From a virus (lineage: Duplodnaviria > Caudoviricetes), in the IMG/VR virus record IMGVR_UViG_2786546905_000002, positions 15,455 through 79,454 of that record: DNA of 64,000 nt; one strand, written 5' to 3'. Made by a program: the position numbers and the translations under genes. Below, piece by piece: positions 59,912 to 64,000 of this stretch. The stretch's first letter is position 1. Each line of letters begins with the position of its first letter. The notes beneath the pieces were generated by a model. The model did no database searches. It saw nothing but the letters and a program-made list of their open reading frames with translations, and was not told the DNA's origin.

Positions 59912-60391
59912 ATGACGTCGAAAACATTCACCCCAGATACATTTTGGTTAAACACCATGGAAACATGTTGGATTGCTCGACTTGGAGCCCACCAGCAGCA
60001 AAAGATTAAGAATGAGCCTTTCCATATGGCTGGTGGAGACGTCCTAAACGTAGGCGATATGTTTACGGCCATCGGCAGGACAGGCAGCGCGGGAAACCAG
60101 CCCATTAAGTTAACGCCGCCATGGGTACAGCGCTATGAGGGCATAGCAACACTGCCTGATAGTGATTCATGGTACCCAAACAGAAATATGGCTCTGTTCT
60201 CTGCCCTAATTCCAAATGAGACTGAAAATTTCGTTTCGATTAAAGGACGTGAGGACACGTTTGGAATCAAGGACGGGTATTACATAGCCTACCTAATGCA
60301 TGATGACGGCACCCTGTTTTATTTGAGAGGGAAAGCTTGTACATCGAACGTAGTTAAATGCCAAAGCATAGATAGATATCACCATGACTGA
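59912..60391 (+). CDS. Hypothetical protein
   Basis: GGGGG RBS-like site, 159 aa. Confidence 0.6.
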   Translation: MTSKTFTPDTFWLNTMETCWIARLGAHQQQKIKNEPFHMAGGDVLNVGDMFTAIGRTGSAGNQPIKLTPPWVQRYEGIATLPDSDSWYPNRNMALFSALIPNETENFVSIKGREDTFGIKDGYYIAYLMHDDGTLFYLRGKACTSNVVKCQSIDRYHHD

Positions 60392-60716
60392 ACAAACAAA
60401 CGAAAACCACATCGACATTACTGGCCTAGACAAAGCAAAGGTACTTAAAACCCTGATAGACCACGCTAACTGCATGGCCCTATCGGACGACGCCTCATTG
60501 CTTGCAACCATGCAACCGCCAGTAGAGATTGAAACAGTGAGAGCTTACATCGAAAAAGATGGCCTAACGGTTGATTACATTCTGGGTAAACCCATCAAGG
60601 TGGATTTGACGGGTGATAGCTTCGACCCGTGGCTGTATGACCGAGATCATGGCCAAGGTCGAGCCCAGCAAGCCATAGACATACTAAAAGCCCCACACGA
60701 AGACGTTGATAAGTAA
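60384..60716 (+). CDS. Conserved phage hypothetical protein
   Basis: IDITGLDKAKVL...KVDLTGDSFDPWLYDRDHGQG. Confidence 0.7.
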   Translation: MTEQTNENHIDITGLDKAKVLKTLIDHANCMALSDDASLLATMQPPVEIETVRAYIEKDGLTVDYILGKPIKVDLTGDSFDPWLYDRDHGQGRAQQAIDILKAPHEDVDK

Positions 60717-60723
60717 TGAGAAC

Positions 60724-60760
60724 AAAGGCCGTTAGAGCGATTCTGGCGGCCTTTCCCTTT
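60724..60760 (+). terminator. Intrinsic terminator
   Basis: aaaggccgttaga...tctggcggccttt. Confidence 0.6.
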
Positions 60761-60797
60761 GGTACCGAGCATCAATAAGTGTGATCCAATTAAAGTA

Positions 60798-60849
60798 ATT
60801 ATGCGATTCGCATTAATTCCATTTGCTTTGATTATGCGATTCGCATAAT
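60798..60849. promoter_or_regulatory. Two palindromic operators ATTATGCGA-T-TCGCAT(AAT), 33 bp apart
   Basis: Copies at 60798 and 60831; the second overlaps a CATAAT -10-like hexamer. Confidence 0.7.
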
Positions 60850-60888
60850 GTGACAATCGAGCAAACAAATAATTGGAGTGATTCAGCA

Positions 60889-61203
60889 ATGAAAAGCCGA
60901 TACACCGCAATGGTAAAGAACCCTTGCAACGTTCAAAGCAACTCCCCGCAAGCGGAAATACACCGCTGCGCCACAGTCGACACGCACCCTGAATACTTCC
61001 GTGAAGTAAAAATATTTGTTGATGGTTCGCGCATCTTCATCAACTCACCGCGTTACTACACAGGGGTTATCAATCGACGTGCTGCTGGTGGTAGGTGGGA
61101 AGAGATCACCGACAAGCTCAAAAGGCAAGGGATCGCGATTGACACCTACCTTGAGAGCATTAAAGCGACTTGCGCGAGCTTTAAAGGCCAGCCAAGAACT
61201 TAA
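60889..61203 (+). CDS. Hypothetical protein
   Basis: ATG 60889 with GGAG RBS. Confidence 0.6.
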   Translation: MKSRYTAMVKNPCNVQSNSPQAEIHRCATVDTHPEYFREVKIFVDGSRIFINSPRYYTGVINRRAAGGRWEEITDKLKRQGIAIDTYLESIKATCASFKGQPRT

Positions 61204-61234
61204 CCACCAGCTTATTGATGGAGAATTACCAACT

Positions 61235-61756
61235 ATGACATTACTAACAATTGAGCAAGCACTGGCGCGACGAGAGCAAGGCGTACAGCACTTCGAACCA
61301 GAAACCGAGTTAATGCTGCTTATGCACGATATGGAACTTAACCAAGCGCAAGCGGCGCAGCTATTGGTGATAGAGGCAAACGCTGTGCTCAATCAAAGCA
61401 CTATCGGGCGCATGTTACGAGGTGAAGCTAAGCCAAGCCTAACCGCACTGGCCATCTACGCGCTCGAACGCATCCAGCAAGATAGAGAGCACCCTCACGA
61501 CTTGCACCGTGATTACCAAGGCATGCAGGAGTACCAGAGAGATAACGAAACTCAGATTGAAACACACTTCATTGAGGCACAGAGCCCAGAGGAAGCGATC
61601 AATAAGCTGGCCAGCTTAGGAATACCCGTTGAGCCAACACGCAACGAAACAGATCGTGACTGTACCGGTGAATGGTACCGCTCAAGGCCTGCAGTAGATT
61701 ACATCGTGAGTCGCCAATGTTACGCCGTGACGATTCAATATTCATTAGACGTTTAA
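61235..61756 (+). CDS. XRE-like HTH-containing protein
   Basis: LNQAQAAQLL...LNQSTIGRMLRGEAKPS; ATG 61235 with GGAGA RBS. Confidence 0.65.
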   Translation: MTLLTIEQALARREQGVQHFEPETELMLLMHDMELNQAQAAQLLVIEANAVLNQSTIGRMLRGEAKPSLTALAIYALERIQQDREHPHDLHRDYQGMQEYQRDNETQIETHFIEAQSPEEAINKLASLGIPVEPTRNETDRDCTGEWYRSRPAVDYIVSRQCYAVTIQYSLDV

Positions 61757-61769
61757 AAGGAACCAGTAA

Positions 61770-61955
61770 ATGAAAGCAATGAAAAGAGTAGTTAAGACGT
61801 CACTCTTTCTAGGGTCGCTATTGGCAGCGACAGTATTGGGTTACAACTTCAACCTGATTGGCAGAGACGCAGCTTATGTAGCGTTACATATTGAGCTGGC
61901 GTTATTCCTATGCGCCCCAGCTGCCATTTTTTTGATGTTTAAGCCCCAGAAGTAA
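61770..61955 (+). CDS. Small two-helix membrane protein
   Basis: Two hydrophobic segments, AAGGA RBS. Confidence 0.6.
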   Translation: MKAMKRVVKTSLFLGSLLAATVLGYNFNLIGRDAAYVALHIELALFLCAPAAIFLMFKPQK

Positions 61956-61976
61956 CAAACCAGAGAGTACAAGAAC

Positions 61977-62711
61977 ATGAGCACATACAGCATTAACAAT
62001 TACCTGATCTCACAAGATCTAACCCGATACGCTAAACAGGTTGGCAAAGACGGCAACTATACGCTTGGCCATTGCATCGTGGAGTACATCGAGCAAGCCG
62101 ATAGAATCTTCACTCCAGAGCTAAAAGTCATTGATACTAGTAAGGCGTATGATCTTATCGACCTCGATCAAGATTGCGGCTTTAAAGGTCGCGTGGCCAT
62201 CCAAGAAACCAAAGAGCGTGAGCTGTGCGACAAGAGCCAAGCTATGGATTGGATAGGCAAGCTTAAGCTAGACGGCGACGTAATGACTAAGGTGATTGAT
62301 GCGCTTGAAGCTAAGAGCATCGAGAACAACAATGAGAACTTTGATTTTGAGTACAAGCGCCAAATTGAAGAGCTCAACACACCTAAGAACGCGACCGTGG
62401 CCACCGTTGCTGCGCTGGTGGCTCACACATCTAAGGTGGCCACCAAGAAGCTAGAATCTAAACGCCTTGCGAACCTTGCGAAAACGCTAGACGTTGACCT
62501 GAATCTGGCCACGGCAATCGTTGCTTGTGATATAGATAAGGGGATCATAAATGTTGATGGCGTATGGAAGACCGACGCGGCCAGCTTTCACAATGCGCCG
62601 TCAGAGTGGCAACTAAATTCACTTGTTGATAAAGCCCTATTGACGTTTGACGGAACCAAGTACCTAATCACTGATATGGCCAAGCAAGCAGTAAGAGAGA
62701 ACTACTTATGA
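61977..62711 (+). CDS. Hypothetical protein
   Basis: 244-aa ORF. Confidence 0.65.
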   Translation: MSTYSINNYLISQDLTRYAKQVGKDGNYTLGHCIVEYIEQADRIFTPELKVIDTSKAYDLIDLDQDCGFKGRVAIQETKERELCDKSQAMDWIGKLKLDGDVMTKVIDALEAKSIENNNENFDFEYKRQIEELNTPKNATVATVAALVAHTSKVATKKLESKRLANLAKTLDVDLNLATAIVACDIDKGIINVDGVWKTDAASFHNAPSEWQLNSLVDKALLTFDGTKYLITDMAKQAVRENYL

Positions 62712-62830
62712 AAGGCTTGCCAAACCAAAAGCGGAGTATAAGACCGTTAAGCGGAGCGGTATCACTTGCCCTCTGTGCTTATCTTTCATTAAACAGGTGA
62801 AGCAAATCAAACTTTGATAGAACCCAACCA

Positions 62831-62866
62831 AAAGCCACCAGCAATTCGCGGTGGCTTTATTTTTTT
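62831..62866 (+). terminator. Intrinsic terminator
   Basis: aaagccacc...ggtggcttt + T run. Confidence 0.8.
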
Positions 62867-62920
62867 GAAATAAATTTGACTTGGGCTTGGCCAATTTCTA
62901 AGTTTCAAAAAAAAGAGGAT

Positions 62921-63130
62921 ATGTTTAGTAAAACATTCGTAGTTATCGCAATAGCCATCGCGATCCATAAACTGGCCAAGAAAGAAAACGAAGCAAGCGT
63001 GAAAACGGCTACCGAACTCATTCGAAGTTGTTCCCAGCTTCTCAGCAAAGCATCGCTCTTTATGCTGGCTTTGAGTTTTTACGCCCTGATTAACGACTTC
63101 AATCTCTGGTTGAGTTGGTTAATGAGCTAG
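62921..63130 (+). CDS. Small membrane protein
   Basis: ATG 62921 with GAGG RBS; two hydrophobic segments. Confidence 0.55.
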   Translation: MFSKTFVVIAIAIAIHKLAKKENEASVKTATELIRSCSQLLSKASLFMLALSFYALINDFNLWLSWLMS

Positions 63131-63144
63131 TCACAATAAAGAAG

Positions 63145-63177
63145 AGGCCACCAGTAACAACGCTTGTGGCCTTTTTT
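63145..63177 (+). terminator. Intrinsic terminator
   Basis: aggccac...gtggcct + T run. Confidence 0.7.
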
Positions 63178-63257
63178 GTGATCCTGCACCATAGCCCCTA
63201 TTGAATCCGATTAATTGGCCATGTGAGTATGGTTCAAACACTCAGTGGAGCCCTCGC

Positions 63258-63470
63258 ATGAACCATGACAAGCCATATATCCTAAATGCATACCTACCAA
63301 TGACACTGGAAGACTTTGAAAAGCGTTATTACCTGCCTATTTCAACAGGCGTTATCTCCAAGATAGAGACGGGGAAAGTCATAGGAACTAACCTTGATGT
63401 GGTGGTGGCCTATCATACCGAAGACCAGATCCATGCATGCCCTAGCATCATAAAACGGGTGTACCCGTAA
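63258..63470 (+). CDS. Hypothetical protein
   Basis: ATG 63258 with GGAG RBS. Confidence 0.45.
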   Translation: MNHDKPYILNAYLPMTLEDFEKRYYLPISTGVISKIETGKVIGTNLDVVVAYHTEDQIHACPSIIKRVYP

Positions 63471-63534
63471 TTTGTAGCCTAAAAGATACAAACAATGCTT
63501 GCACAAAGTGTAGCTTAAATACTACAATACCCCC
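63471..63534 (+). promoter_or_regulatory. TA promoter with two operator-like palindromes
   Basis: TTGCAC (63499)-N18-TACAAT (63523); TTTGTA..TACAAA at 63471-63492 and TGTAG..CTACA at 63509-63526. Confidence 0.65.
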
Positions 63535-63837
63535 ATGGAAACAAAAACCATACGTAGCACCCCACTTTTTACTAAGTGGCTTAGGGGGGTAAAAGACCCA
63601 AAGGCGAAAGCAGCAGTCACTTCGCGTGTGCAAAGACTCAAGTTTGGACTGTATGGCGATTGCAAGTCCGTAGGGAATGGAATACATGAACTAAGGATAA
63701 GCACTGGCAAGGGTTACAGGGTGTACTTTAAAGACCAAGACGGGCAGATAACTATCGTGCTCTGTGGCGGTGACAAGACGACCCAACAAGCGGATATCAA
63801 ACTAGCTAAGAAATTAGTCAAAGAAATGAAGCTGTAA
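63535..63837 (+). CDS. RelE/HigB-family addiction module toxin (HI1419-like)
   Basis: FTKWL, RVQRL..G..GDCKSVGNGIHELRI..GKGYRVYF, LCGGDKTTQQADI. Confidence 0.9.
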   Translation: METKTIRSTPLFTKWLRGVKDPKAKAAVTSRVQRLKFGLYGDCKSVGNGIHELRISTGKGYRVYFKDQDGQITIVLCGGDKTTQQADIKLAKKLVKEMKL

Positions 63838-63911
63838 CTATACGAAATGCCGCCAGAAATGGCGGCCTTAATCTGACTTGAGAGATACATCATCAAAGGA
63901 GGTAATGCACT

Positions 63912-64000
63912 ATGCAAGAGCCTAACATTCATGAACAACTAGAGGACTTCGACCCAGCTGAATTTCTTGATTCTCCAGAGTCAATTCAAGCTTACATTGA
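63912..64000 (+). CDS. Addiction module antitoxin (HI1420-like), 3'-truncated
   Basis: MQEPNIHEQLEDFDPAEFLDSPESIQAYI; AAGGAGGT RBS. Confidence 0.75.
   Translation, partial: MQEPNIHEQLEDFDPAEFLDSPESIQAYI

Larger units (their letters stand above)
1..64000. mobile_element. P1-like phage-plasmid (partial genome): iteron replicon + parAB + contractile-tail morphogenesis block
   Basis: About 30 ORFs resemble P1 proteins in P1-like order (dar operon, S, R, 16, bplA, pmgA, sit, tub, 21-23, 5, 6, 24, 7, 25, 26, mat, ref), together with a plasmid replicon and partition genes. Confidence 0.93.

Noticed and set aside
60798-60849. Operators as AphA boxes
   Set aside because: Spacing (ATGC-N5-GCAT) does not fit the AphA inverted repeat as I recall it (ATATGCA-N6-TGCATAT).
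61016-61234. Track's upstream start for the HTH gene
   Set aside because: It overlaps the preceding ORF; ATG 61235 has a GGAGA RBS.
259-63938. Many antisense/alternate-frame ORFs in the track (e.g. 27306-27902, 33970-34482, 15074-15511)
   Set aside because: They shadow well-supported genes, arise from repetitive codon use, and lack RBSs or motifs.
1-64000. tRNA, rRNA, IS/transposase, cre/lox, pac genes
   Set aside because: None recognised by eye in this window; they may lie in the rest of the element. tRNAscan/ISEScan would be decisive.

Overview
64 kb of a P1-like (Punavirus-type) phage-plasmid. The host is inferred to be Vibrionaceae from an AphA-like regulator. Left end: the 3' part of darB, ulx, an F-plasmid RepE-type iteron replicon and parAB. 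From 8.3 to 54.6 kb the minus strand carries a near-continuous block: Dar antirestriction operon (ddrB, ddrA, enlarged darA, hdf, lydBA), a four-gene tail-fibre/adhesin cluster where P1 has its cin-invertible segment, baseplate, tape measure, tube, sheath, capsid, a second lysis pair (amidase + holin), tail completion genes, mat and ref. Next come an AphA-like PadR regulator and, on the plus strand, small accessory/early genes (GNAT, DUF4262, HTH) ending in a toxin-first RelE/HigB-type TA pair. P1 gene names come from recalled sequence similarity plus synteny, not a database search. Best leads: the phage AphA homolog, a 5-copy TTTCGCATGCGAAA palindrome around the replicon, a recurrent GTTCGGAAT motif before late genes, a likely +1 frameshift (CCC TTT C) in the tail chaperone, an orphan promoter-terminator sRNA beside the endolysin gene, and an RNAP alpha-CTD-like protein. 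I saw no CRISPR array, tRNA, reverse transcriptase, transposase or recombinase.
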